The notes: generated by a model not told the origin, from the sequence alone. Positions 28,938 through 38,896 are shown, counted from the first letter of the stretch. The stretch is DNA of 64,000 bases from Candidatus Methanosuratincola verstraetei (GCA_049570475.1 CP186953.1:1216001-1280000), one strand, 5' to 3'. Numbers and translations are program-made.

Positions 28938-29501
28938 CTACTCGTAGAGAACGCCCAGATCCTTCAGCCTCTGGTATATCTTGTCTGCTGCCACCCTGAC
29001 CTCGTCTTCCTGCTTCGCCCCCGTGCACACCATCTTCCCTGAAGAGAAGATCAACAGGACGACCTTGGGGGAGTCCATCCTGTAGATCAAGCCGGGGAAT
29101 TGCTCGGGCTCGTACATGACGTTCTCCAGCAGGAACGCCGCTTTCTCCAAGTTCACCTCTGCGTTGAGGTTGGCCGAGGCGACGATGTTCTGGATCATTA
29201 TCTCTGGGGTGCCTATTATCACAATGTTCCTGTCCTTCAGGTTCTTTATTATCTTCTTGACGGCATTGTGCACTTCCTTTATTGACTTCGCCCCCGTGCA
29301 CACCATCTTCCCTGAAGAGAAGATCAGCGTCGCAGTCCTCGGCTTCGAGATCCTGTACACGAGCCCTGGGAACTGCTCCGGATTGTACTCCACCCCCGGC
29401 ACATTCCCTGAGATCGCATCGAGATCTATGGTCTGGTTCAAGGTCACAGAGGCTACGACATTCTCTATCCTGACGGATGGCTTGATCATTATCCTGCCCA
29501 C
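28938..29501 (-). CDS. tbp: TATA-box binding protein
   Basis: Two repeats of N(V/I)VAS...Y.PEQFPGL.YR...[14 protein letters not shown]. Confidence 0.97.
   Translation of the reverse strand: MGRIMIKPSVRIENVVASVTLNQTIDLDAISGNVPGVEYNPEQFPGLVYRISKPRTATLIFSSGKMVCTGAKSIKEVHNAVKKIIKNLKDRNIVIIGTPEIMIQNIVASANLNAEVNLEKAAFLLENVMYEPEQFPGLIYRMDSPKVVLLIFSSGKMVCTGAKQEDEVRVAADKIYQRLKDLGVLYE
29013..29326. repeat. 41-bp perfect direct repeat between the two TBP halves
   Basis: CTTCGCCCCCGTGCACACCATCTTCCCTGAAGAGAAGATCA at 29013-29053 and 29286-29326. Confidence 0.9.
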
Positions 29502-29558
29502 CGAACAAAATAACTAGATTTAAAGTTTTTTAATCTGGTTTATAAAGCTTTTTTATTT

Positions 29559-30146
29559 CTAAACAGACCCTTCCATCTTTTTTGCATTCTCTTTTTCGCC
29601 AGAAGGCAGGATTATTATGACTATGATTATCAGTATCACAAGCGAGGCGAGCCAGATGTTCTTGAACCAAAGGAAGGGATAGCCAAGGTATGGGATTGAG
29701 TAGACGACCTTGCCTACTATCCTGTCCTCAGGAACCCAGCTCAGGGGGTTTGACGGGTTCTGGTCTGGGTAGATATTCGCGTCCCCCTTGGTCAGGAAGT
29801 AGTACGTCCCGTTCACCTCAACCTTTTCTATCACCCTGTGGGAGATAGGAAGCGGGTCGTACGATGCAAATATGAAGTAGTCCGAAATGCGCGTCCCTGG
29901 CTGCACATATATCACCGTGTCGCCCACCGGGGGCGGACCAGCCACAATCTCCGATGGATCCACTGCCTGCACGAATATCAGCGACCCTGTAGGGATATTG
30001 GGTTCCATGCTCCCCGACTGCACGGCTGCGACTGGCAGGTTGGTCCCTGAGACGGCCCTTATCGTGTAGACTGCCCCCAGGAAGACTGCAAAAAATATAA
30101 GGGCTGTTATCAGCGTGGCCCTTAGATTTAGACCCATCCCAATCAC
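29559..30146 (-). CDS. Signal peptidase I (archaeal Sec11 type)
   Basis: VQSGSMEP, ISHRVI, TKGDAN..PD, IVGKV...IPYLG. Confidence 0.9.
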   Translation of the reverse strand: MIGMGLNLRATLITALIFFAVFLGAVYTIRAVSGTNLPVAAVQSGSMEPNIPTGSLIFVQAVDPSEIVAGPPPVGDTVIYVQPGTRISDYFIFASYDPLPISHRVIEKVEVNGTYYFLTKGDANIYPDQNPSNPLSWVPEDRIVGKVVYSIPYLGYPFLWFKNIWLASLVILIIIVIIILPSGEKENAKKMEGSV

Positions 30147-31069
30147 TGCTGCTCTCTTAATGGGCCCATCCCAAACCTATTCGCGTTCCTGTCTGCCCTC
30201 TCCTGTATCTTCTTCACAGCCTCCTCATCCAGGTGCCTGAACCTGCCTTGTGCCTTGAGGTATTTCGTGACCGGCTCCCTCCTGGGCACTTGGACAGTCA
30301 GCCTCACTTCCCCGTTGACAGCCTCGTACAGCGGCCAGAGGCCCGTCAGGACCGCGAGCTTTCCGAGCTCAATGCTGTCGCTGGTTTCAGTCCTCCAACC
30401 TGTGGGGCAAGGAGCGAGCACGTGGATCAGAGCTGGCCCGTCAACGTCGAGCCCCTTCCTTACCTTGTTCATCAAGTCGAATGGGTAAGAGGGGCAGGCC
30501 GTGGCCGCATAAGGTATCCCGTGAGCCATTGCAATGCCAAAAAGGTCTTTCTTCTCAGTCCTCTGCCCGATTGATCTCTTTCCGGGTGGCGATGTTGTTG
30601 TCGCCGCCCCAAACGGAGTGGCAGAGCTGCGCTGGATGCCCGTGTTCATGTATGCCTCGTTGTCGTAGCAGACGTAAAGGATGTCGTCCCCCCTTTCCAT
30701 GGCTCCGCTCAGCGACTGGAGCCCAATGTCGAAGGTCCCGCCATCCCCGCCTATCACGATCACATCTGCCTTCTCCTCTGTTTTTCCCTTCCTCTGCAGG
30801 ACCTTCAGGGCATTCGAAATTCCGGCTCCAACGGCCGCCCCGTTCTCGAATGCTATGTGGACCCATGGCACTCTCCATGCGCTCTGCGGGAAGTAGCTGG
30901 TAGAGACCTCCAGGCATCCCGTAGGGCTAACGACGATCGTGTTCCTTCCAGACGCCTTGAGGATCTGCCTCACCGCTGTCCCTGCTGCGCACCCTGCACA
31001 GAGCCTATGCCCCGGCGCTAGAAGCTCTTCTTTGGGAACGTCCTTGACCGACTTGAAGATCTTGCTCAT
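30143..31069 (-). CDS. porB: Pyruvate/2-oxoacid:ferredoxin oxidoreductase beta subunit
   Basis: GHRLCAGC, TGCLEV, GGDGGTFDIG, DNEAYMNTGIQRS, PCPTGW. Confidence 0.92.
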   Translation of the reverse strand: MSKIFKSVKDVPKEELLAPGHRLCAGCAAGTAVRQILKASGRNTIVVSPTGCLEVSTSYFPQSAWRVPWVHIAFENGAAVGAGISNALKVLQRKGKTEEKADVIVIGGDGGTFDIGLQSLSGAMERGDDILYVCYDNEAYMNTGIQRSSATPFGAATTTSPPGKRSIGQRTEKKDLFGIAMAHGIPYAATACPSYPFDLMNKVRKGLDVDGPALIHVLAPCPTGWRTETSDSIELGKLAVLTGLWPLYEAVNGEVRLTVQVPRREPVTKYLKAQGRFRHLDEEAVKKIQERADRNANRFGMGPLREQQ

Positions 31070-32232
31070 TCTCTCAACCCCACGTAAATGCAGCGCCCTG
31101 CCCCCTTCTTGGCAGCGCTTTCAGTCGCGTTATACATCGTCATGAAGTCATCCTGAGTTATGTCTCTGCCCCCGAGACCCGCTACGAATCCTTGGAGAGT
31201 AGGCCTCTCCTGCATATCATATAGTGCTGCGGCTATCTCGTTGTAGAGGGGGTTCCCGAAGCCGCCGGGCGTAGTTGCCCTGTCCACGACACCAACCGCC
31301 TTTATGCCCTTGAGGGCAGACCTGATCTCCTCAGCTGGGAAAGGTCTGAATAACCTGAGGGATATTACACCCACCTTCTTGCCCTCCTCGCGGAGGGAAT
31401 TTGCAACCTCCTTCGCCGACCCGAATATGGACCCCATTACTATCAGTGCTGCATCCGCCCCATCCATCCCGTATGCCTCGATCTCGCTGTAGTTCCTCCC
31501 GAACCTGGAGTTAAATTCCCTGTCGATCTCCTTGATCTTCAGCCTGCTCTTCTCGATCGCATCGATCGCCTGGTACTTCATCTCATAGTAGTATTCAGGG
31601 GGTCCGACGACCCCTGTCGCATAGGCAGTCTTCGTTGAGACCCTGTTCTCGAGGGGCTTGGAGGGTATGAACTTCCTCACCTCTTCCTCGTCGGGCAGCT
31701 CGACCGGCTCGTACATGTGGCTGACTATGAAGCCGTCCATGTTAACCATCACCGGGAGGCGCGTCTCCTCTGCGATCTTGAACGCCTCGATCGTTGTGTC
31801 GAAAGCCTCCTGCGCCGACCTGACCCACAGCTGTATCCAGCCTGCGTCCCTCTGTGCCATCGCGTCTGAATGGTCATTCCAGATGTTCAGCGGGGCGGAG
31901 AGCGCCCTGTTGACGTTTGCCATTACGATGGGCGTCCTTAGCCCTGATGCCATGAATAGTATCTCGTGCATGAGCGCCAGACCCTGCGAGGATGTCGCAG
32001 TGAAGACCCTGGCCCCTGTCAGCGAGGCCCCGACGCAGGCGCTTATCGCAGAGTGCTCAGACTCGACATTCATATAGCTCGCGTCGAGCTCACCATTTGC
32101 AACAAACTCTGAGAGCTTCTCCACGATCGTCGTCTGCGGCGTGATTGGATACGCAGCGATCATATCTACATCTGCCATCTTGACCGCGTATGCCACGGCG
32201 TAATTGCCGCTGATCCCAACCCTTCTGCCCAT
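31066..32232 (-). CDS. porA: Pyruvate/2-oxoacid:ferredoxin oxidoreductase alpha subunit
   Basis: AAYPITPQT, ESEHSA, TATSSQGL, NRALSAP.NIWNDH.D, GLGGRD. Confidence 0.92.
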   Translation of the reverse strand: MGRRVGISGNYAVAYAVKMADVDMIAAYPITPQTTIVEKLSEFVANGELDASYMNVESEHSAISACVGASLTGARVFTATSSQGLALMHEILFMASGLRTPIVMANVNRALSAPLNIWNDHSDAMAQRDAGWIQLWVRSAQEAFDTTIEAFKIAEETRLPVMVNMDGFIVSHMYEPVELPDEEEVRKFIPSKPLENRVSTKTAYATGVVGPPEYYYEMKYQAIDAIEKSRLKIKEIDREFNSRFGRNYSEIEAYGMDGADAALIVMGSIFGSAKEVANSLREEGKKVGVISLRLFRPFPAEEIRSALKGIKAVGVVDRATTPGGFGNPLYNEIAAALYDMQERPTLQGFVAGLGGRDITQDDFMTMYNATESAAKKGAGRCIYVGLRE

Positions 32233-32528
32233 CAGTGCCCCTCCTTCACCATTGTAATCGCCTTGGGTGCGCATCCCTTGGCGCAGATCCCGCAGCCCTT
32301 GCAGTATGAAAGGTTTACCCGGTAGTTCCCAGCATCGTCAATCTCTATTGCAGAATCAGGGCAGTAGAGGAAGCACATCCCGCACTTTGTACACTTATTC
32401 TGGTCTATTACGGGGCTGGAAGTCCTCCATGCCGTCACATCGAAGTTGACCGAGCTCCCGGGCTCCGTTATCGTGCCCCCCTCAGGGATTTCCCTCCATC
32501 CTTTTAGTGTGGTCTTTACGCACTTCAT
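32232..32528 (-). CDS. porD: Pyruvate/2-oxoacid:ferredoxin oxidoreductase delta subunit (2x[4Fe-4S])
   Basis: WRT..P, CTKCGMCFLYCPD, YCKGCGICAKGC. Confidence 0.9.
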   Translation of the reverse strand: MKCVKTTLKGWREIPEGGTITEPGSSVNFDVTAWRTSSPVIDQNKCTKCGMCFLYCPDSAIEIDDAGNYRVNLSYCKGCGICAKGCAPKAITMVKEGH

Positions 32529-33088
32529 CTCTTGCCACCTGCCTCAAAGAGTATTGTCCCTTCGAATGCCCTCCTCACTGCGTTGACATTCTTTTCCGCA
32601 TATTGCCTAAACCTCTGCTTCATTACCTCCTCGAGGGTTTCCAGCCTCACTACCCCTGTTGCCCTGACCAGCGCCCCAAGGATCGCCGTGTTGGTTATGG
32701 GCGAACCAAGCTCCCTGAGGGCGATCTCGGTCGCATTGACCACGGCAATTTTCCCCGCGTTGCCGAAGGTCTGAACGTACTCTTCCGAACTACGGTCGGT
32801 GTTGAGCACAACCGTGCCCCCCTCCTTCAGCCCATCCCCTACACCCTCCATTGTGCAGAGGTTCTTGTCGAGCACGACTATTATGTCTGGCTCATATATC
32901 TGGCACCTGGTCAGGATCTCCTTGTCGCTTATCCTTGTGAACGCTTGCACTGGCGCCCCCCTCCTCTCCGGGCCGAATGCCGCGAACGCCTGTGCGTATT
33001 TGCCTTCGTTTATAACGCTCGTCGCAAGGATCTCCGCGGCCGTAACCGCTCCCTGGCCGCCCCTGCCGTGCCACCTGATCTCGAGCAT
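32525..33088 (-). CDS. porC: Pyruvate/2-oxoacid:ferredoxin oxidoreductase gamma subunit
   Basis: EIRWHGRGGQGAVT, FGPERRGAPV.AF.RI, NTAILGA. Confidence 0.92.
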   Translation of the reverse strand: MLEIRWHGRGGQGAVTAAEILATSVINEGKYAQAFAAFGPERRGAPVQAFTRISDKEILTRCQIYEPDIIVVLDKNLCTMEGVGDGLKEGGTVVLNTDRSSEEYVQTFGNAGKIAVVNATEIALRELGSPITNTAILGALVRATGVVRLETLEEVMKQRFRQYAEKNVNAVRRAFEGTILFEAGGKR

Positions 33089-33169
33089 TCTCTTAGCACT
33101 CCTGAATATGGGTAGTCAGTATCCTAGCATTATTTTTAACAGTTACGGTCTTTTGTTTGCCATCTGTAA

Positions 33170-33676
33170 TTGCCTATTGTAGCGAGTTTTGTGAAGGATA
33201 CCCTTAAAATAGGGCAAGATCCGATACCTACGTCGGTGATCATAGTGATTGAGGATCCCTCCTCCAAAACACTCGAGGAGATCAAGGCTTTCCTGGACCA
33301 AGGGAAGCCATTTGAGGTCAGATTTGAAGGCGATGAAGCATGCGTCTCCGAAGCGAAGGGGGTAGTCAAGATCTCACTCTCAAAAGAAGAGACCAAGGGC
33401 ATCAAAGTGAGGAAATCTGCAAGGAAGGTCCCATCTGCGCAGAAAGAGTTTGTGATGAATTCTGCCAGCATCCTGATCCCTAAAAAAGTCCCCTTCAAAG
33501 TGACGTTCGGGCCGAAAGAGACGACCTTCAGGTTCGATCTTGACCACTACATCCACATTTACCCTGACAAATGCGCAGTGGTAGGGTTCAGGGGCCTGGA
33601 CGAACACCCCGTCTCACTCGTAAGAGATCTGCTGTCAGCGTTCCCGAACCTCAAGATATATGCGCCAAAGAGTTGA
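33170..33676 (+). CDS. Hypothetical protein (start may be downstream, about 33236)
   Basis: Long ORF filling the gap divergent from por, with host-like codon use. No family recognised. Confidence 0.55.
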   Translation: MPIVASFVKDTLKIGQDPIPTSVIIVIEDPSSKTLEEIKAFLDQGKPFEVRFEGDEACVSEAKGVVKISLSKEETKGIKVRKSARKVPSAQKEFVMNSASILIPKKVPFKVTFGPKETTFRFDLDHYIHIYPDKCAVVGFRGLDEHPVSLVRDLLSAFPNLKIYAPKS

Positions 33677-33870
33677 TCGCCTTGGAGATTAGGAACATCC
33701 TCTATTTGGCTGGACTCATTCTGGTCTTCCTGCCTGCCTTCACCTACACCTACACTTCTAGATCTGGCATTGATGGACCGACCCTCCTGCCACAGATCCT
33801 AAGCGTGGCTGTCTTCTGCATTGGGCTTGCCTTGATCCTGTTCGCAGGAAGGGGCAAGCCCAAAGAATAG
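33673..33870 (+). CDS. Small two-TM membrane protein
   Basis: TTG overlapping the upstream TGA, two hydrophobic segments, basic C-tail. Confidence 0.45.
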   Translation: MIALEIRNILYLAGLILVFLPAFTYTYTSRSGIDGPTLLPQILSVAVFCIGLALILFAGRGKPKE

Positions 33871-33883
33871 ATCCCTTAATCCA

Positions 33884-34396
33884 TCATGGCTGCGCGCTTC
33901 TGTACTTCTTCACAAGTTCGTGGTATGCCCCGGCGGTTTCCCTGATCCTTTCCTTGTCCCTTTCCTCTATGCTCCTGACATTCTTAGCGGGTAGCCCCAT
34001 CATCACGCTGCCAGAGGGGACGGTCTTGCCCTCAGGTATTAGCGCGCCGGCCCCTATCACGCAGTCATCGCCTATCTCGGCGCCGGTCAATATGATCGCC
34101 CCCATGCCCACGAGCGTGTTGTTGCCTATCCTGCAGCCATGGATGATGCAGCCGTGCCCAACCACCGTCCCCTTGCCCACATTTGTCGGGTAACCCTTGT
34201 CGGTGTGGAGGATTGCACCGTCCTGTATGCTAGCGCCGCTCTTGATTATTATGCGCTCGATGTCCCCGCGCAGGACTGCGCATGGCCATACGTTCGCACC
34301 CTCTTCGATTATCACGTCTCCGATAACCACTGCATCTTCATGGACGAATGCCTTCGGATCGATTTGCGGTCTAATTCCCTGAAGCTCTCTTATCAT
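33884..34396 (-). CDS. Gamma-carbonic anhydrase family (hexapeptide repeat) protein
   Basis: AVVIGDV, AVLRGD, IQDGAILH, VGHGCIIHGC, G.PAK.VR. Confidence 0.9.
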   Translation of the reverse strand: MIRELQGIRPQIDPKAFVHEDAVVIGDVIIEEGANVWPCAVLRGDIERIIIKSGASIQDGAILHTDKGYPTNVGKGTVVGHGCIIHGCRIGNNTLVGMGAIILTGAEIGDDCVIGAGALIPEGKTVPSGSVMMGLPAKNVRSIEERDKERIRETAGAYHELVKKYRSAQP

Positions 34397-34402
34397 TCCT
34401 AC

Positions 34403-34915
34403 CTACTCCATAGTCACTGTAAGGTCGGTGTCTATTAAGTACTTGAACTGGAAGGTGTTTGTCCAGTCCAGGTTCCTGAGCGATCCTTGGAAGCAGACTG
34501 CAATCGTATCCTTGCTGCCTGGCAGGCGGTCGATCGCCTCCTTCAGGGCCTTGGGCGGAACCCCGTACTTAGGGATCGCAAGCCCGCCAAGCAATGTTAC
34601 TATTCGGTAAGCGGTTCCTGCCTTCAATCCGCCGAGCTGGTAGCCGTAACCCTCGTTTTTTACAAGCTCCCTCGTCTTGCCCGATTCCAATGAAGGCATG
34701 AAGAACGGCTTCAGAGGCAAATCCCTTATGCCATAGCACAGAAACTCTGCAAAGGGCAGACATGTGAAGGGTGACCCAACAAACAGTATGTCCCCATCCC
34801 CCCCAATGCTTTCGACTGCGGTGCGGAAGCACTTGCTTAATCCCGACAATCCTTTGACCTCAACCTTGCTCTTCAAAAACAACACCCCAATCTCCTTGAG
34901 AATAATACGCCTCAC
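34403..34915 (-). CDS. DUF2124-like conserved archaeal protein
   Basis: F.GSP.TCLPFAE...Y.IRD, LLGGLA.P, CFQ pattern recalled from the methanogen-associated DUF2124 family. Start uncertain. Confidence 0.6.
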   Translation of the reverse strand: MRRIILKEIGVLFLKSKVEVKGLSGLSKCFRTAVESIGGDGDILFVGSPFTCLPFAEFLCYGIRDLPLKPFFMPSLESGKTRELVKNEGYGYQLGGLKAGTAYRIVTLLGGLAIPKYGVPPKALKEAIDRLPGSKDTIAVCFQGSLRNLDWTNTFQFKYLIDTDLTVTME

Positions 34916-35073
34916 GCTCTATTAAAATTGAGCAGACGACTAGATGCGATCAAAAACGGGCATTGCTGCGCGTGCAGAGCAAGCGCTCTTGTCCCTCGGC
35001 TAATCGAATCTTGGCTGACCGGGCATAATTCAAACCGAAACGATATTATTGCATCATACCAATATTATTCATC

Positions 35074-35709
35074 ATGTCTAACCCTTACGCCTCGTTCGTC
35101 CAGTCATTATCCAAGGCAGTTCAGCCGAAGGGGCCAGCCGCCGCATACACGCCCGTCCATGTCATAAAAGCGTTGTTCGTCATTGAATCCTCGAAATCGG
35201 TCGGCAGAGTTATGCTTGCTAGGATCCTCGGGATAGGGGAAGGTTCGGTCAGGACAATTATAAAGCGCCTGCAGCATCAATCTCTCATAAGCATCGACAG
35301 CATCGGGGGGTGCTCCCTCACCCCCACAGGCCGAGAAGTGCTAAGCCAGATCAAGAAAGGCATGGTTTCCTCCGGTCCAATCGACCTCAGCGGGATGGGT
35401 GTCACATACCCCTCGTTCGCTATACACGTGAGCCTCGACGTCTCGGCCCACTCGGTGCTCAAGCTTAGGGACATCGCGATCAGGTGGGGCGCAGAGGGGG
35501 CGATGTTCTTCCACTTCTCCGGAGGCAGGATAGTTGTGCCTTCCATCACAGACGATCTCTCGCAGACAAGCCCTTCCACGCATTATGAGCTGATGAACAG
35601 GTTCAGGCTCCAGGACGGCGACTATGTCATCGCTGCATTCGCCCATGATGCTGCCACAGCCGAAATGAGCGCGCTCGCGGTTTTCCTCTTCCTTAAGGGC
35701 ATACAATGA
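35074..35709 (+). CDS. Winged-helix protein (DUF4443-like)
   Basis: GR..LA..LGIGEGSVRTIIKRL wHTH, G..LT..G, LRD.AIR.GA.GA. Confidence 0.7.
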   Translation: MSNPYASFVQSLSKAVQPKGPAAAYTPVHVIKALFVIESSKSVGRVMLARILGIGEGSVRTIIKRLQHQSLISIDSIGGCSLTPTGREVLSQIKKGMVSSGPIDLSGMGVTYPSFAIHVSLDVSAHSVLKLRDIAIRWGAEGAMFFHFSGGRIVVPSITDDLSQTSPSTHYELMNRFRLQDGDYVIAAFAHDAATAEMSALAVFLFLKGIQ

Positions 35710-35778
35710 ATTTTTATTACCCAATTGTACACAAAAGGCATATATAAGACCAAAAATAGGTTTTTTTGGGAGCAGAAT

Positions 35779-36747
35779 ATGGTGAATAAAATCCTTATTG
35801 TATCTGCAGTTGCCCTAATTGTAATCATTGGCGCCCTCTACGCTTCGGGTATGATTTTCCCGCGCGAGATCGAAACCATAAGGGTCGGACACCTCACCGG
35901 GGACCTCCATCACCTCGCGCTCTTCGTGGCAATCAAACAAGGCTACTTCGAGCAGTACGGATTAAAGATTCAGTTGAAGGAGTACGTGAACGGCCCTTCC
36001 CTGATGCAGGACTTCCTTGCAGGTGAGCTGGACTTTGCCTACGTCGGCGCGCCCCCAGCAATGTCTGCCAGGGCTAGAGCCCTCTCCGACCCCAAATCGA
36101 ACCTGCCTGTAGTCATCGCTTCAGTAAACCTCGAGGGCTCTGCCATAGTCACAGAAGCCGGCATAGATGCACCTGAGGATCTAAACGGCAAAAAAATCGG
36201 GACCCCTGGCACCGGCACGATACAGGACATAATGCTCAGCATGTTCCTCAGGGAGAGGAACATCACCCTCACGAAGAGCCCGATGTCGATCTCCACCCTC
36301 CCGCTCGAATTCAGCAAGGGGACGATTGACGGCTTCATCGGCTGGGAGCCTGCCCCCTCAATCGCGGTTGTGCAGTCCGGCGCTCATGTGCTCCTTACTT
36401 CCCACGATATGATGCCTAACCACCAGTGCTGCGTGCTGGTCGTCTCCAACAAGTACCTCGAAGCGCACGCGGACATAGTCCAGAAGTTCGCCCAAGTGCA
36501 CAAGATGGCAAACCAGTATATCCTCAACAACCCTGAATCAGCCAAGCAGATCGCGATGAATGTCACTGGCTATTCCTCAGATATAATCGGGCTAGCGCTT
36601 TCACACATAGTCTACACTTCGACCCCTGACCCTGAGAGCATGAAGACATTCCTGCACTCAATGATCGACCTGGGCGTCGTGACGACCGTCTCCCATGATC
36701 AGGTCGATGCGTTCATAAACGCATTTATAGATACGCGCTTCATCTAA
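35779..36747 (+). CDS. NitT/TauT (sulfonate/nitrate) ABC substrate-binding protein
   Basis: N-terminal anchor, IRVGHL..DLHH, G..DFAYVGAPP, DLNGKKIGTPG.GTIQD, GWEP, HQCC. Confidence 0.88.
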   Translation: MVNKILIVSAVALIVIIGALYASGMIFPREIETIRVGHLTGDLHHLALFVAIKQGYFEQYGLKIQLKEYVNGPSLMQDFLAGELDFAYVGAPPAMSARARALSDPKSNLPVVIASVNLEGSAIVTEAGIDAPEDLNGKKIGTPGTGTIQDIMLSMFLRERNITLTKSPMSISTLPLEFSKGTIDGFIGWEPAPSIAVVQSGAHVLLTSHDMMPNHQCCVLVVSNKYLEAHADIVQKFAQVHKMANQYILNNPESAKQIAMNVTGYSSDIIGLALSHIVYTSTPDPESMKTFLHSMIDLGVVTTVSHDQVDAFINAFIDTRFI

Positions 36748-36753
36748 TCAGTT

Positions 36754-37545
36754 GTGATTCGGATGGAGCGCCTCGATCGGGTAAAGGGCATTCTGCTAGG
36801 GTCTCTCTCCCTAGCAGCATTCTTTTTCATCTGGCAGCTGGTCGCCTGGTCCATGAATTCGCCATTCCTTCCAGGGCCCTATGAGGTGCTCCAGGCATTC
36901 CTAAGGATCTCAACGACGGGGGACATCGACGGGTACACCCTGTACTTGCACTCGATCATGAGCATCTACAGGGTGCTGCTTGGCTTTGGCTTCGCGGGGA
37001 TAACGGCAATCCCGCTGGGGGTGTTCATGGGGCTGAAGCCCAATGTGAACAGCATTTCCACGCCGATAATTGAGCCCATAAGGTTCATTCCCCCGATCGC
37101 CTGGATCCCGCTCTCCATAATACTCCTCAGCGGCCTGGGGCGGTACGTCTTCCTGATCTGGATAGGCGCCTTCTTCCCAATACTCCTCAACACAATCGCG
37201 GGCGTTAAGCGCACATCCCCTGTCCTCGTGGACATGGCAAAGACATTCGGGGCTGACAGCAGCACTATCACATCTAGGATAGTCTTCCCCAGCGCCCTGC
37301 CTGAGATTATGAGCGGTCTGAGGGTGGGTCTGGGGGTAGGATGGATGTGCATTGTGGCCGCTGAAATGATCGGCGGGGAGCCAGTGGGGCTGGGGCGGCT
37401 GATAATAAAGTACGCGAACCTGCTTCAGATCGATGTCGTTATAGTCGGTATGATAACCATCGGGATAATCGGCCTGGTGCTTAACTATCTCATACTCACT
37501 GCGGAGAAGCGGCTCTTCAAGTGGAGGGTCGAGGTCAAGGCATAG
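36754..37545 (+). CDS. NitT/TauT ABC permease
   Basis: LPGP.EV, S..RVL.GF, IPPIAWIPL, PSALPEI.SGLR.G.G.GWMCIVAAEM. Confidence 0.9.
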   Translation: MIRMERLDRVKGILLGSLSLAAFFFIWQLVAWSMNSPFLPGPYEVLQAFLRISTTGDIDGYTLYLHSIMSIYRVLLGFGFAGITAIPLGVFMGLKPNVNSISTPIIEPIRFIPPIAWIPLSIILLSGLGRYVFLIWIGAFFPILLNTIAGVKRTSPVLVDMAKTFGADSSTITSRIVFPSALPEIMSGLRVGLGVGWMCIVAAEMIGGEPVGLGRLIIKYANLLQIDVVIVGMITIGIIGLVLNYLILTAEKRLFKWRVEVKA

Positions 37546-38313
37546 GTGATTAATTTGGCAGCCACTATTGAACTCAACGCGGTCGGGAAATTCTTCGAGT
37601 CGGGTAAAGAGCGGATTGAGGTGATAAGGAACATCACCCTCAGCGTTGACGAAGGAAGGTTCGTCTGTATCGTTGGCCCCTCTGGATGCGGCAAGACCAC
37701 CCTTCTGAGGTTGATGTGCGGGCTTCTGCAGCCGTCAAGCGGGAAGGTGCTTGTAAATGGCAATCCCCCGGACCCGAAGAAGAATCGATTCGGCGTCATA
37801 TTCCAAGAGGACTCATTGCTGCCTTGGAAAACCGTTCTCGACAATGTGAAATTCGGCTTGGAAGTGACTAGGAAGAAGGGCAATATCGAGTCCACTGCAA
37901 GGGAGTTCATAGCCATGGTCGGGCTGAAGGGGTTTGAAAGCTACTACCCCCACCAGATCTCGGGCGGAATGAAGAAGCGCGTCGCGATCGCCAGGGCAAT
38001 GGCTGTGGATCCTGAAATAATACTCATGGACGAGCCGTTTGCGGATCTCGATGCCCAGACCCGGCAGATACTCCAGAAGGAGCTTCTGAGCGTCTGGTCG
38101 AAGCTGAACAAGACAGTGATATTCATAACCCACAACGTCGACGAGGCAGTCTTCCTCGGGCAGGACATCGTCGTCCTGACCAAGCGCCCGGCAAGCGTGA
38201 AAGCCCTGGTCAACGTGGGTTTGGAATACCCGAGGGCAAGGCTGAGCCCCCCCTTCATATCTTACAGGGAGAAGATCCTGAAGTACCTCCAGGAGGAGAT
38301 CACCGAGCTCTAA
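37546..38313 (+). CDS. NitT/TauT ABC ATP-binding protein
   Basis: GPSGCGKT, FQE..LLPW.TV.DNV, YPHQISGGMK.R, MDEPF, THNVDEAV.L. Confidence 0.92.
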   Translation: MINLAATIELNAVGKFFESGKERIEVIRNITLSVDEGRFVCIVGPSGCGKTTLLRLMCGLLQPSSGKVLVNGNPPDPKKNRFGVIFQEDSLLPWKTVLDNVKFGLEVTRKKGNIESTAREFIAMVGLKGFESYYPHQISGGMKKRVAIARAMAVDPEIILMDEPFADLDAQTRQILQKELLSVWSKLNKTVIFITHNVDEAVFLGQDIVVLTKRPASVKALVNVGLEYPRARLSPPFISYREKILKYLQEEITEL

Positions 38314-38314
38314 G

Positions 38315-38878
38315 GTGTCCTGCATGGAAATAGACGGTTACGATCTCTATGAGGAACTGATCTCCGCAGCGATGGAGTCGAACGAGAAGTTTGCAGAGAT
38401 GCTGAAGTCAATCATGAAGCGGAAGGGCATCACCGTCAGGGATCTGAGTGCAGGATCGGGCGTCCCTGTAAGCACAATAAACAAGATGCTCTCTGAAGAG
38501 AGGGATGTCCGGCTGTCGACCTTCAGGGAAGTGATTAGGTACCTGACGTCGCAGAGCATGGAGCCCGAGGGAGGCATCACTGTTGGGATAATAGCCGCCC
38601 GGCCCGCCCTCAACGCTCTGTCTAAGCACCAGATCCCAGTGAAGGGTAAAAAGGTAATCATTAAGGAATACCCTGCGAACAATCTCGAGGAGGCAATAAT
38701 CTGCGCCATAAGGGCTGAGCGCGACAGGGTGCAGGGGCTGGTCTGCGCCTCTATCGTTGCAACCACTGTGGAGAAGTTCGTGAGGATCCCGATCGTCACA
38801 ATCAAGGTCGAGGAATCGAACATAATCGAATCGCTCAACATTCTCGTCGACAAGATCCTTTCAACCAAAGCTTTGTGA
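38315..38878 (+). CDS. XRE-type HTH transcriptional regulator (COG4800-like)
   Basis: LS..SGVPVSTINK HTH. C-domain IAARPAL...KEYPA..LEEAI..AIRAERD....LVCA.IV..T.EK.V.IP. Confidence 0.75.
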   Translation: MSCMEIDGYDLYEELISAAMESNEKFAEMLKSIMKRKGITVRDLSAGSGVPVSTINKMLSEERDVRLSTFREVIRYLTSQSMEPEGGITVGIIAARPALNALSKHQIPVKGKKVIIKEYPANNLEEAIICAIRAERDRVQGLVCASIVATTVEKFVRIPIVTIKVEESNIIESLNILVDKILSTKAL

Positions 38879-38896
38879 TACAAGTGATGCGAATAT

